NCBI GenBank assembly: GCA_032128375.1
Contig: JAQBGU010000003.1
Location: 1-39,258, forward strand
Source of the DNA: Deltaproteobacteria bacterium
Lineage (GTDB): Bacteria; Myxococcota_A; UBA9160; SMWR01
Reading direction: 5' to 3'
DNA: 39,258 nt
A program made the position numbers and the translations under genes. The notes below the pieces were generated by a model. The model was not told where the DNA came from. It ran no database searches and saw only the letters and a program-made list of their open reading frames with translations. Shown here piece by piece: positions 1 through 9,205 of this stretch (position 1 is its first letter; each line of letters starts with the position of its first letter).

Positions 1-378
1 CCGCTGCAGGGTCGCGATCTCGCGAAGTGCGCTCGGAAGGTTCAGTTCTTCGAAGGTGCGGATCTGCAGCGGGATGACCCGAAGCACGATGTTGCAGCAG
101 CGTCGCTGCCGGGAAATGTTGACCCGGAAGCGGCCTTCACCCGGGAGCTCGAAGGCCAGATCGATTTCGTTGAATTCACCGGTTTCCGAGCGCGGATCGC
201 CTTCCAGCAGGATCCGGGCGATCGCTTCGGTGTCCTTGGCGGTCAGAACCTTGTATCGAAGTTCGACAAGGTCGCCGTTGAAGCGATACAAGGGTAGATA
301 GTCCACTTGGAAGTGGATATCTGATGCGCCTTTTTCGATACCAAGCCGCAGGAGCCGAAACAGCTTCTCGCGATCCAT
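1..378 (-). CDS. pilT: Type IV pilus retraction ATPase PilT/PilU family, N-terminal part (runs off window)
   Basis: My translation from ATG at 378: MDREKLFRLLRLGIEKGASDIHFQVDYLPLYRFNGDL...EIDLAFELPGEGRFRVNISRQR...VLRVIP. It has the PilT N-domain motifs ASDIH and GRFRVN. Missing from the ORF track because it is truncated. Confidence 0.88.
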   Translation of the reverse strand, partial: MDREKLFRLLRLGIEKGASDIHFQVDYLPLYRFNGDLVELRYKVLTAKDTEAIARILLEGDPRSETGEFNEIDLAFELPGEGRFRVNISRQRRCCNIVLRVIPLQIRTFEELNLPSALREIATLQR

Positions 379-554
379 CGCGTTTCACCCTCCGCGAGGA
401 TGGAGTGTTAGATCCCAAACTAGGACCACGATCTGTATCGGCGGTTCGGCCCCCGGCTTGACTCCCGAATGCAACGATCGGGATTCGAACACCGATGGCG
501 TTCGCTAGGCTTGCGTCGGTGGACCACGCTGGATACAGGAAGGGATGCCGTAGG

Positions 555-1079
555 GTGAGAACGATCCAGAGACTGCGGAAATTCGCGTGGCTGGGAGCTG
601 CCAGCTGGTTCGCATTTTTCTGGGTCGCGGCATCGAATGCAATCGCCTTTGCCAACGATGAGCCGATGGCTGAACCGATGGCTGAGCCGATGGCTGAGAA
701 AGCGCCGGTGGTTTCGTTGGACAAGCTGCTGATCATCCCCGACTCGGTCAAGATCGATGTCGAGCGACGAGGCGGCGCAACGCGCTCCGAGTGGCGCGAG
801 CGTTTTGCCGCAGCGAACGCCGCCGTCGCCGAGGGAAAGCAACACCTCGACGCGTCGCTAGCCAAACTCACCGACTTGGCCGAATCGGGGGGGAATTGGA
901 AAGTTTCTGCTCCGGGCTCACAGGCCAGCATCGACGACACCACGCCGATGAACTTCGGGCTCAATCAGCAGATCCGGCGCGACCGCGAGGCGGTGGAACG
1001 CACCGAAAGGGAACTGCTCGACCTGAAAGTGCAGGCCAACTTGGCGGGCGTCCCCGAAGAATGGTGGATGGAGCGCTGA
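555..1079 (+). CDS. Secreted hypothetical protein with coiled-coil C-terminus
   Basis: ORF 495..1079. GTG at 555 follows a GGAAGG RBS and begins a signal-peptide-like stretch (..WVAASNAIAFA), then EPMA repeats and a helical region ending AGVPEEWW. Confidence 0.65.
   Translation: MRTIQRLRKFAWLGAASWFAFFWVAASNAIAFANDEPMAEPMAEPMAEKAPVVSLDKLLIIPDSVKIDVERRGGATRSEWRERFAAANAAVAEGKQHLDASLAKLTDLAESGGNWKVSAPGSQASIDDTTPMNFGLNQQIRRDREAVERTERELLDLKVQANLAGVPEEWWMER
660..698 (+). repeat. 12-bp tandem repeat x3 encoding (EPMA)3
   Basis: gagccgatggct gaaccgatggct gagccgatggct gag. Confidence 0.85.
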
Positions 1080-1166
1080 CCCACATTCTCGCCCGGGATA
1101 GCTGGCCCCGATGGGTCTGCGTCGTCGGACGTCGAGTGATTCGAGGCCTCGGGTGACGTCACTTGG

Positions 1167-2330
1167 CTAAACTCTCTGCGTAGCCCACGGCAACACGGCA
1201 AGAGCGGGTAAGGCCATCACGGCCGTCAACGCGAAGTACGCCGAGTAGCCGACGCCCTCAGTTATGAACCCCGAGAAACTTCCCGCGACTGCGCCGGGCA
1301 GCGCGTATGCGGCGGTGAGCAGCGCATACTGCACAGCGGCGTTCTCGCGCTGACAGATGCGCATGAGGTAGGAGAGAAACGCGGTCGAGACCATGCCGCC
1401 ACAAAGCGATTCGATCGAAGCCGCCGCGTACACGCCGGCACGCCCAACCTCGGGGAAGGCGGCGACTGCGGCGTATACCAGATTGGAAACCAACGCGAGC
1501 CCGCCGAGCCACCACAGACTTCGAGAGATCCCCGCGCGGGCGACCACCCAACCACCCGTGATGGCACCTGCCAAATAGAAACCGATGCCGAGGCCTTTCG
1601 ACACGAGTCCGATTTCCTCGTTGGAGAAACCGGCATCGATCCAGAACGCGCTGAGCATCGGACCCATCGCCATATCGCCGACTCGAAACAACATGACGAA
1701 CGCAACTACGGCGGCACCGTTGCCGTCTCCGATCCAGCGTCGCAGTGCCGGCCAGAGTTCACGCGCGGTGGGATGAGAGGCCGCGACGCGCGGCGCTCGG
1801 AACACGCCCACCGCCATCGCTGCGCTCGTGGCCGCACCGAACAGGAACGTCGCGCTCCAGCCGATCCATCGCGGCAGCAACAAGCCTGCTGTCGCCAGCA
1901 GCATGCCTGCGCGGTAGCCCATGGCCTTGGTCGAATTGACAGGACCTTCCTCGCCCCGATCGGTCAATCCGATCGAGTAGGCGTCGATCGCAACGTCCTG
2001 GGTCGCAGATGCAAGGCAATAGCACCAGAACGCGCCCCAGAGAAATGCCGACATGGGTTGTGGATCACTGGCGGCAATGCACACCAACGCGGCGCTCATC
2101 GCCGCCATCGACCCGCAGATCCATTGGCGTCGCTCGCCGAACCGATCGATCAACGGGGACCACAGGACTTTCAATGTCCAGGCAAAGCGCAGGCTCGCGA
2201 GCAATCCTATCTCGGCCAACGGTGCCTCGTGCCGGCGCAGATAGATCGCCCACAGGTCGTGGACCCCCATCGGGAAGCCCTCGATGACGTAGACCCACGC
2301 AATGATCGGAAGTTTTTGTCGAAGATCCAC
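1167..2330 (-). CDS. ampG: AmpG-family MFS muropeptide permease
   Basis: Hydrophobic 387-aa MFS protein with AmpG motifs WTLKVLWSPLID, SATQDVAIDAY, GYRAGM and AAVQYALLT. Confidence 0.85.
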   Translation of the reverse strand: MDLRQKLPIIAWVYVIEGFPMGVHDLWAIYLRRHEAPLAEIGLLASLRFAWTLKVLWSPLIDRFGERRQWICGSMAAMSAALVCIAASDPQPMSAFLWGAFWCYCLASATQDVAIDAYSIGLTDRGEEGPVNSTKAMGYRAGMLLATAGLLLPRWIGWSATFLFGAATSAAMAVGVFRAPRVAASHPTARELWPALRRWIGDGNGAAVVAFVMLFRVGDMAMGPMLSAFWIDAGFSNEEIGLVSKGLGIGFYLAGAITGGWVVARAGISRSLWWLGGLALVSNLVYAAVAAFPEVGRAGVYAAASIESLCGGMVSTAFLSYLMRICQRENAAVQYALLTAAYALPGAVAGSFSGFITEGVGYSAYFALTAVMALPALAVLPWATQRV

Positions 2331-2510
2331 CCCACCCCCCGCTCAGATTCTACGTGTCCCGGCGCGCCAGGCGCCCACAGCGTTTCAGTCGACGCCGAAT
2401 GCGAAGCTGGCTAACGTCGACCGCTTCGCGCCACCGCAGTGCCAGGCCGATCTCGGCCGACGCAGGCGGTGGTCGCCATCAAGTTCATACAAGCGGGGGA
2501 GACAGAAACG

Positions 2511-2651
2511 ATGCAAGACGACAACGATCGAAAGGACGTAGGCAAGGCAGACCGGGTTTCGATGCTCTACATCGCATTCGGTGTGCCTTCGATCATCATG
2601 TTCATGGTCGTGCTGTTTGCGATGACGCGCTGGTTCGGCATTCCCGCCTGA
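2511..2651 (+). CDS. 46-aa single-TM small protein
   Basis: GGGGGAG RBS then ATG at 2511; MQDDNDRKDVGKADRVSMLYIAFGVPSIIMFMVVLFAMTRWFGIPA; GC3-rich codons. Confidence 0.6.
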   Translation: MQDDNDRKDVGKADRVSMLYIAFGVPSIIMFMVVLFAMTRWFGIPA

Positions 2652-2826
2652 CCGCCCGCCTTGTGCGGTCGAACGTCTTGCATTCGCGTTGCAGTCGCCT
2701 GGGTGGGCAGCTTGTACCGAACATGCCCGCAACGGCGCCGATAATTCCTACCCGAGATTTTTGATCAGCTAAAACAGCCACTTAGAACTAACGACGGATG
2801 AACGCCAGCCGATATATCCCCATATC

Positions 2827-3534
2827 ATGGGGAAAGCAACACGTCGATTCGAGATTTCGGCAGCGTCGACCCTGGCGTCGGCTCTGTTGCTCGGATTCGG
2901 CTGCACGACAGGGTCTTCCGGGCTTACCCACTACGCGTATTTCGTGAAGCCGGCTGCCGATGACGCATGGAGCCACAAAATTTCTTCGTGGCAGGCCCGC
3001 GAGCGCAGCGATCATCTCAGCGGATTGTCAGCCGTTTCGGTGCCCCCGGACGCTACAAGCGCCGACACGTCGAGCAGTGCGCTGCGCGACAAATACAAGG
3101 CGTTTCGCGGCGATCGCAAGCGCGAAATGGCTCGGGAACTGGCCGACTGGATCCAGCAGCAGGCGCGTGAACACTACAAAGCGGACGGCCCGATCGATCA
3201 CTGGGCGACGCTCGAAGAGACCTTCGTGCAAAACGGTGACGACTGCGACGGCCTCGAGTTGCTGACTTACCACATGTTGCGCGACCTCGGCTTCGGAGCC
3301 GATGAAGTTTTTCGCTCGATCGTCTTTCGAAAGAAGGATGGTCAACATCACATGGTGACGTTGTGGTTCGAGGATGTTGATGACCCTTGGGTCATCGATC
3401 CCACCGGAGCAATGACCTCCGGCATGCCGCGCATGTCCGAGGTTCCCGGTTGGGCTCCGCTGAAGGTCTTCACGGAAGATCGAGACTTCACGGTCCACGC
3501 GGAGCGGCGTTCCGAGCAGTTCGCCCAGAACTAG
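2827..3534 (+). CDS. Transglutaminase-like cysteine peptidase (BTLCP/LapG-like) lipoprotein
   Basis: Lipobox LGFGC; DHWAT.EE, GDDCDG (Cys), HHMV (His) and WVIDP (Asp) give the Cys-His-Asp triad. Confidence 0.75.
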   Translation: MGKATRRFEISAASTLASALLLGFGCTTGSSGLTHYAYFVKPAADDAWSHKISSWQARERSDHLSGLSAVSVPPDATSADTSSSALRDKYKAFRGDRKREMARELADWIQQQAREHYKADGPIDHWATLEETFVQNGDDCDGLELLTYHMLRDLGFGADEVFRSIVFRKKDGQHHMVTLWFEDVDDPWVIDPTGAMTSGMPRMSEVPGWAPLKVFTEDRDFTVHAERRSEQFAQN

Positions 3535-3574
3535 AAGCTCGACTTCGAGACGAAGTTTCGGGTGGAAGTGGTGA

Positions 3575-3615
3575 GCTTCGACACTGCTTCGACGCTTCGA
3601 CGCTTCGACGCTTCG
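3575..3615. repeat. 8-bp gcttcgac tandem repeat between convergent genes
   Basis: Copies at 3575, 3586, 3594 and 3602, with a partial copy at 3610. Confidence 0.8.
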
Positions 3616-3624
3616 CGACCGAGC

Positions 3625-5703
3625 CTACTGCTCGATTTCGAGATCCAGTTGCTTGCGTTGTTGCTCGGCGCGCTGTCTTGCGCGGGCGCGATCCGCATCG
3701 ATCTGTAGCATCAATTGGCGGCGTACGGTTTCGGCGTGTTCCTGCTCTGCGGCGACCCGCTGGATCTTTGCGTCGCGCAGGCAGTCTTCCAACAGCCGGT
3801 TGTGTCGGATGGCCAACTCGGGGGGGACCACCGCAGGTTGGGCCGCCGGTTCCGAGATGACGCTGACGTGGCGAAGCGTCTGGCTGCCATCCGAAGCGCG
3901 GGCCGCAACTTCGATTTGATTCTTGCCTGCAGTCAGCTTGACGAAGCCGCCCCAGCTCCCATCGGCGGCAATCCGAAACGGCGTCGCGCGGTCGCCCGTC
4001 GTAATGCTCTGGACGATCACGTCCTCGAGGTTGGCGAAACCGACTGCGTCGATGATCTCGGACAGCTCGCCCGGATGGCGAACCGGCGTGAAGTAGCCGT
4101 CGGTGATGTCTGCCATCGCCACGGCCGCGATGGGTCGGTTGACCGCAAGGGGTCCGATCGCGAACGAATGGATCCGAACGCCGAGAAGTTTCGCTCGCTG
4201 GGCCTCGCGCTCCACCGCCCGATAGTTGTCGGTTTTCGCGGCAACGCCGTGCGGAGCCGTCGGCTCGCCATCGGTGAAAAAGAACATCAGCTTGGTCGTC
4301 CCATCGTGGACTTCCGAGCGTGCGCCCTGCAGGCCGTTCAGTTCTTGGAACCCGAATCGGACGCCAGCCGCCATATCCGTCTCGCCAGCCGAGCGATCTT
4401 TCAGCACAAGCTCGAGGGCTGCTTCGACGCGAGAAAAATCGTGGGTCAGCGGGCTGCGCGTGACCGCGGCCGGCATGGCTTGTCGAGTGGGCCGCTGATC
4501 GCCATGGCCGCCACCCGGCGTGCCACCGGCGAACGTGACCAGTGCGACGCGGGTCGACCGGGGGTCGAGCCCGCGCAGTAGCTGCCGGGCGGCGGCTACC
4601 TCGGCGGCCAGGATCGTATCGCCCGGGTCGGTCGTGGGTTCGCCGAACAGCGAACTCATCCGCCCCATGTGGGGCGTTCCAATCACGCCATTGCCATTGA
4701 TGTCAGAGCCAGTCAGGTCTTCGGTGGAGCCGGAGGTATCCAGCACGATCGCGACGTCGAAGTGCTGCGATGCTCCCTCCAGCGCGATCGCGCGTCCGGC
4801 GACAAATGCGCCACAGGCCGTGTCGGCCATCACGACCCCGTCGCTCGGATATTCGATGGTCAACTCGATCTGGTCCGGGTCGGGTTCCAGTGGAAGGATG
4901 ATCGGCTGAACCGCGCTGCGCGCTTGTCGGCCGGCGCTCGAACCGCCCGCGACTGATGCGGGTGGGGCGGATCCGCGAAATCGCTCGAAGCTCAGGTCGC
5001 GCGGGTCTATCACGCGGTTGTCGAGGGCATCGCGCACGCCGCTGATCGGCGCGGCCGTCACGCGTGGCAGGCTGCGGTTCGGGTCCGCCGCTTGGACGAT
5101 TCCAACGACCCGGCCCGTACTCTGCGAGAGAACCGGCGCGCCGCCCCAACCGCGCAGGCTCGTGGGCGCGTCGAGATCTATTTCGATCCGATCGTCGGAC
5201 ACCTTCGCGACTACGCCAGTGAGCTCGCTGGTCGGCTCGGAATCGCCGATCGGAATTCCCAGAATCCGGACCCGCGATTTGCGCTCGACCGGTTCGGAAT
5301 CGATCGTCAGCGTTCGAATCGCGGTTGGCGCGGCGTCGAGAGAGTAGACAAAGTAGTCGTCGCGAATCGTTGCGCCGTGTGTAGAAAACGGAACCCCCGG
5401 CGGAACCAAGAATCCGCGAGAATCCGCGACCGATTGCGTCGAATTCCCGAGTCGGAACTCGACTTCACCCGCCGCGGCCAGGTCTTGCCGGTCCAGCGTG
5501 TGAGCCGTTCCGACTGCCGCAACGCCTGCCTCGCTGGGCGTGGCGATGAAAAACACGATGCCCAGATTTTCCGGGGCGCCCGCCGAGCGGAGAACGGGCC
5601 TCGCGACAGCGGGCGTGCTGGACTCGGCGCGGGCTGGGATACCGAGCAGCACAGCACATGACGTGGCCACTGCAACAGACAGGATTCCGTTCGCACGAAA
5701 CAT
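3625..5703 (-). CDS. Secreted protein: trypsin-like domain + VWA domain + C-terminal coiled coil
   Basis: Likely start is ATG 5703 (MFRANGILSVAVATSCAVLLGIPARAE, signal peptide). TAH and G-x-x-G-A-P-V...GRVVGI are trypsin-like motifs; MIDAS DTSGS, ETD and FTDG mark the VWA domain. The longer upstream ORF extension overlaps the exonuclease gene. Confidence 0.78.
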   Translation of the reverse strand: MFRANGILSVAVATSCAVLLGIPARAESSTPAVARPVLRSAGAPENLGIVFFIATPSEAGVAAVGTAHTLDRQDLAAAGEVEFRLGNSTQSVADSRGFLVPPGVPFSTHGATIRDDYFVYSLDAAPTAIRTLTIDSEPVERKSRVRILGIPIGDSEPTSELTGVVAKVSDDRIEIDLDAPTSLRGWGGAPVLSQSTGRVVGIVQAADPNRSLPRVTAAPISGVRDALDNRVIDPRDLSFERFRGSAPPASVAGGSSAGRQARSAVQPIILPLEPDPDQIELTIEYPSDGVVMADTACGAFVAGRAIALEGASQHFDVAIVLDTSGSTEDLTGSDINGNGVIGTPHMGRMSSLFGEPTTDPGDTILAAEVAAARQLLRGLDPRSTRVALVTFAGGTPGGGHGDQRPTRQAMPAAVTRSPLTHDFSRVEAALELVLKDRSAGETDMAAGVRFGFQELNGLQGARSEVHDGTTKLMFFFTDGEPTAPHGVAAKTDNYRAVEREAQRAKLLGVRIHSFAIGPLAVNRPIAAVAMADITDGYFTPVRHPGELSEIIDAVGFANLEDVIVQSITTGDRATPFRIAADGSWGGFVKLTAGKNQIEVAARASDGSQTLRHVSVISEPAAQPAVVPPELAIRHNRLLEDCLRDAKIQRVAAEQEHAETVRRQLMLQIDADRARARQRAEQQRKQLDLEIEQ

Positions 5704-5815
5704 GGCGCGTCGACGATACGAGGTTGTGTCCGCGCTGTCATGACGCGAAGCGGAGCCTGTGTGGTAGGCTGGTTTCGACCCGCCCCGCTCCTCGTTCCTC
5801 TGTGGTTCCCAGTTC

Positions 5816-6730
5816 ATGCAATCCTCGTTCATGCGAGACTCCAAGCCCGCATTGATGCGGCGCTCATTGGTCGAACTGCGCGCGACGGGCCAACCGATTG
5901 GGCTCGTTCCGCTCGCGCAACGTCTGTTGGCGGTGTCCACTCCGCTGGCTCCAGAGTTGGCGAGGCGGGTCGTCGCGATGGCTCTTGGCCGGCCGGCCGC
6001 TTCGCTGCCAGACCGATTGCACCCGCGCGATCTGCGTCTCGACGGAGAGTTCGATGTCGCCGAGATTCCGATCGAAATGGCGGATTGGGTGGTGGTCGAT
6101 CTGGAGACGACAGGTCTCGCGGCGACGGGTGCGTCGATTTTGGAAATCGGGGCGGTTCGCATCTCGGCACTGCAGATCGTCGACCGATTCGAAACCCTGG
6201 TGCGACCACCCGGAAAAATCCCGCAGGCAATCGTCGCACTGACTGGAATCTGCGATGCAATGGTCGCCGAAGCGCCCACGACGCGAAGCGCACTTCGCGC
6301 GTTCAGAAATTGGCTCGAGATCACGCCCATGGCACCGTTCGTCGCGCACAACGCGGGTTTCGACCACGGGTTCGTGAAGCTCGGACTGGAAGCCTGCCAA
6401 CTCGCAGCGTACCCCGGCCCGGTCGTGTGTACGCGGAAGCTCGGCCGTCGGCTGGTTCCGGAGCTGGGCCGGTACAACCTCGATGCGCTGTGTGCACACT
6501 TTGGCATCTCGAATCGGTCGCGACATCGTGCGCTCGGCGATGCCGATGCCACCGCGATCGCACTGATCGACATGCTTCAAATGGCGTTGGGCGGTCCCGA
6601 GATCCGTACCGTTGGGGAGCTGATCGATCTCAACGATCGCCCGCCGCGCAAGCGCAAGCGTGAGTCGAAGCGCCCGGTGCGAAATCGGGCGGCGTCTGCA
6701 CCCAGAGGCCAGCGTCCGCGCAATCGTTGA
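5816..6730 (+). CDS. DEDDh 3'-5' exonuclease (DnaQ/Pol III epsilon-like)
   Basis: DLETTG, AHNAGFD and HRALGDA motifs. Start could also be ATG 5831. Confidence 0.88.
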   Translation: MQSSFMRDSKPALMRRSLVELRATGQPIGLVPLAQRLLAVSTPLAPELARRVVAMALGRPAASLPDRLHPRDLRLDGEFDVAEIPIEMADWVVVDLETTGLAATGASILEIGAVRISALQIVDRFETLVRPPGKIPQAIVALTGICDAMVAEAPTTRSALRAFRNWLEITPMAPFVAHNAGFDHGFVKLGLEACQLAAYPGPVVCTRKLGRRLVPELGRYNLDALCAHFGISNRSRHRALGDADATAIALIDMLQMALGGPEIRTVGELIDLNDRPPRKRKRESKRPVRNRAASAPRGQRPRNR

Positions 6731-6884
6731 TCGCGTGTGATCCGTATCCATCTCGGGCTGCTTCTCGGCAGAACGCGCCATGGAGTGCACAGAAGACCCC
6801 CGAATCTGACTCCGTTGCGGTGCGTGGCCGCAACGGCAACAAGCGGTCTCGCAGCTGGCAGATGGACGATGCGGGGTGCGGAGG

Positions 6885-8210
6885 TTATGGCGCCGAAGTG
6901 CCGAAAGCTGGGACCGGTGGGCCTCCCAGCGGGCGCTTCTGCCCCCGCACGGTGGCCAGCACATAGGGGCCTTGCGGAATGACTGCAATTCGACCGTGCT
7001 CGCCGATGTGCGCCAACCCGCGTGCGACCCCGTCAGCTGGCGAACGCACAGCCTCAACCAACAGCTCCGCGGCCGCTTCAAAGGGCAAGCCATCGGTGTA
7101 CAACAGTACCCTGGCACGCCGACGAGCCTGACACAGGTGCTGAACCATCCACTGGTCGACCACGAAGAACTGGTCGTCGAGGAGTTTGGCTTCGAAATCT
7201 TCTGGGCTCTCCGTTTCGCGGATCAGCTTTTCGAATGACGGGCTACCGATTCCCTCCGACAAGGACGCGCAAAGCAGAATCACACCGCCAGGTCGAACGA
7301 TCGAAGAAGCCGCACTGATACCTTTGATGGCCTGATAGAAGCTCGCGTCGAGCGGGTGTCCGCCTCCGGATGCAATGACGAAATCCGCGTAATCGTCGAG
7401 CGCAACGTGCGATTCGGTCTCGACGAATTCGATTCCGGTGCTGTGGGCGGTCTCGGGATGTCCACAGAACACAGCGGCGACCCGCCGATCCCGATCGAGC
7501 GCGACGTTGACCAGGAAGTCGACACCGACTTTGCGCAGCACCTGCATGAGACCCTTGTGCAGCGGGTTGCCCGTGATGATGCCCGGTCCGATCTGGCGTT
7601 CGAGCATCGCGGGTCCATGGGCGACCCGAATCGTCTCGACCGCCGCAAGCCCCGGGCAGACGGCCTTGCGCCCGCCCGAGTAGCCGGCCATCAGATGCGG
7701 TTCGATCAGCCCGGTGATGATACGTAGGTCGCTGTCCAGGAAGAACCGGTCGATCAGAATCGGAATGCCGCCCGCGGTTTTTCCGAGATCTCTGTGAGAG
7801 TCGAGGTCGCGGGCATCGTGTTGAACGATTCGAATGCTGCGCGCGATCTCGGTGCCGAGCATCTCGTCGAGTTCGCCGGGCGTGCACGCGCGATGCAGCC
7901 CGGTCGCGACCTGGATCGTGACGGCCTCGGCTGGCAGGCCTCCCTGGTCGAGCGCATCGAGAACGGGTGGTATCAGCAGTGCGTTGGGGACTGGGCGGGT
8001 CCGATCGGAGATGACGATGACCGCGTCCTTTCGGCCCCTCGCCAATTCCCGCAGCGGAGGCGCGTCAATCGGCCGCTCGATTCCGATGCGCAGCGCTTCT
8101 TCCGGCGACTCCATTGGGGCTACGGATTTTTTCTCGACACGCTCGATGATCCGGTCGTCTGGGAGCGAAAGCGAGAGGGCGGTTCGACCGTAATCGAGTT
8201 CGATGTCCAC
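6885..8210 (-). CDS. larA: Nickel-pincer-dependent lactate racemase LarA family
   Basis: Start GTG 8210 (VDIELDYG). Motifs SDRTRP, ATGLHR, EPHLMAGYSGGRK and FYQAIKG. Confidence 0.88.
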   Translation of the reverse strand: MDIELDYGRTALSLSLPDDRIIERVEKKSVAPMESPEEALRIGIERPIDAPPLRELARGRKDAVIVISDRTRPVPNALLIPPVLDALDQGGLPAEAVTIQVATGLHRACTPGELDEMLGTEIARSIRIVQHDARDLDSHRDLGKTAGGIPILIDRFFLDSDLRIITGLIEPHLMAGYSGGRKAVCPGLAAVETIRVAHGPAMLERQIGPGIITGNPLHKGLMQVLRKVGVDFLVNVALDRDRRVAAVFCGHPETAHSTGIEFVETESHVALDDYADFVIASGGGHPLDASFYQAIKGISAASSIVRPGGVILLCASLSEGIGSPSFEKLIRETESPEDFEAKLLDDQFFVVDQWMVQHLCQARRRARVLLYTDGLPFEAAAELLVEAVRSPADGVARGLAHIGEHGRIAVIPQGPYVLATVRGQKRPLGGPPVPAFGTSAP

Positions 8211-8312
8211 AGCCCTAACGTATCCTGACAGCACGCACGATGCCAAGCTCCGTGGTACCGTCGAGCCCTTCGAGGGGGACCAAGAGACGTGCGAGGGTGT
8301 AGCAACCCGATC

Positions 8313-8390
8313 AGAGCGGGCGGATGAGAGCGGGCGGATGAGAGTGGGCGGATGAGGGTGGGCGGATGAGTGTGCACGGATGAGAGTGCG
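8313..8390 (+). repeat. 14-bp tandem repeat (agagYgggcggatg) x5 ending at the amidase start codon
   Basis: Units start at 8313, 8327, 8341, 8355 and 8369, plus a partial unit at 8383. Confidence 0.9.
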
Positions 8391-9168
8391 GGAAGCGCTG
8401 GGTGTGGGTGTCGTTTGTTTGGCCGCAGCCGGCCTGCCAACGTCGAAGTCATGGCCGAAGGAGAGTCCGTCACCGAATCTCTTTGACATAGTCGTGATCG
8501 ACGCCGGACACGGCGGGGAGGACAAGGGCGCTCGCAGTTCAGCGGGACTGCTCGAAAAAGACCTGGTTCTCGATATTGCGAACCGAGTTGCCGAGAGCTT
8601 GCGCATGAGCGGGCTCAGCGTCGTGATGACGCGCAAAGACGACCGATTCATCGCGCTGGAAGAGCGAACTTCGATCGCCAACGACGCTCGGGGAGACCTG
8701 TTCGTGTCGATCCACGCGAACGCCACACCCGATCCGAAAATTCGCGGAATCGAGACGTTCTTCCTGGCTCTCGACGCCAGCGATGACTCCGCGTCAGCCG
8801 TAGCGACGCGAGAGAACCGGTCGTTCGGCGGCAGATCACGAAAACCGAGCGACGATGCGTTCATGGCGATGATCGGAGACCTGATCGTCACCGAGCACAT
8901 GGAGGAATCCAACGAGTTCGCGCGGCTCGCGCAGGCCGAACTCGCGATCGGATCAGCGGCCCGAGGTGTCAAGCAGGCTCCGTTCGTGGTACTCGAAGGG
9001 GTGCAGATGCCCTCTTCGCTGGTCGAGATCGGTTTCTTGACCAACCCTCAGGACGAGAAACTCTTGAGCGGCTCGCAGGGCAGGGATCGGATCGTCGCAG
9101 CGTTGGTTCGGGCAACTCTGGAATTCGGGCGTCGTTATGACGTTCGGCGTGGCGGCGGTAAACGCTAG
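8380..9168 (+). CDS. N-acetylmuramoyl-L-alanine amidase (Amidase_3)
   Basis: IDAGHGG, EKD, SIHAN and LVEIGFLTN motifs; N-terminal signal peptide. Confidence 0.93.
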   Translation: MRVREALGVGVVCLAAAGLPTSKSWPKESPSPNLFDIVVIDAGHGGEDKGARSSAGLLEKDLVLDIANRVAESLRMSGLSVVMTRKDDRFIALEERTSIANDARGDLFVSIHANATPDPKIRGIETFFLALDASDDSASAVATRENRSFGGRSRKPSDDAFMAMIGDLIVTEHMEESNEFARLAQAELAIGSAARGVKQAPFVVLEGVQMPSSLVEIGFLTNPQDEKLLSGSQGRDRIVAALVRATLEFGRRYDVRRGGGKR

Positions 9169-9205
9169 AGTGCGCGGCGGCACAAATGTTTCGAGGGGGG
9201 TGATC

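Noticed and set aside
5704..6573. N-terminal extension of the 982-aa VWA ORF
   Set aside because: It is antisense to the exonuclease gene; the signal peptide starts at ATG 5703.
8211..9044. N-terminal extension of the 719-aa LarA ORF
   Set aside because: It is antisense to the amidase gene and repeat; LarA similarity begins at GTG 8210.
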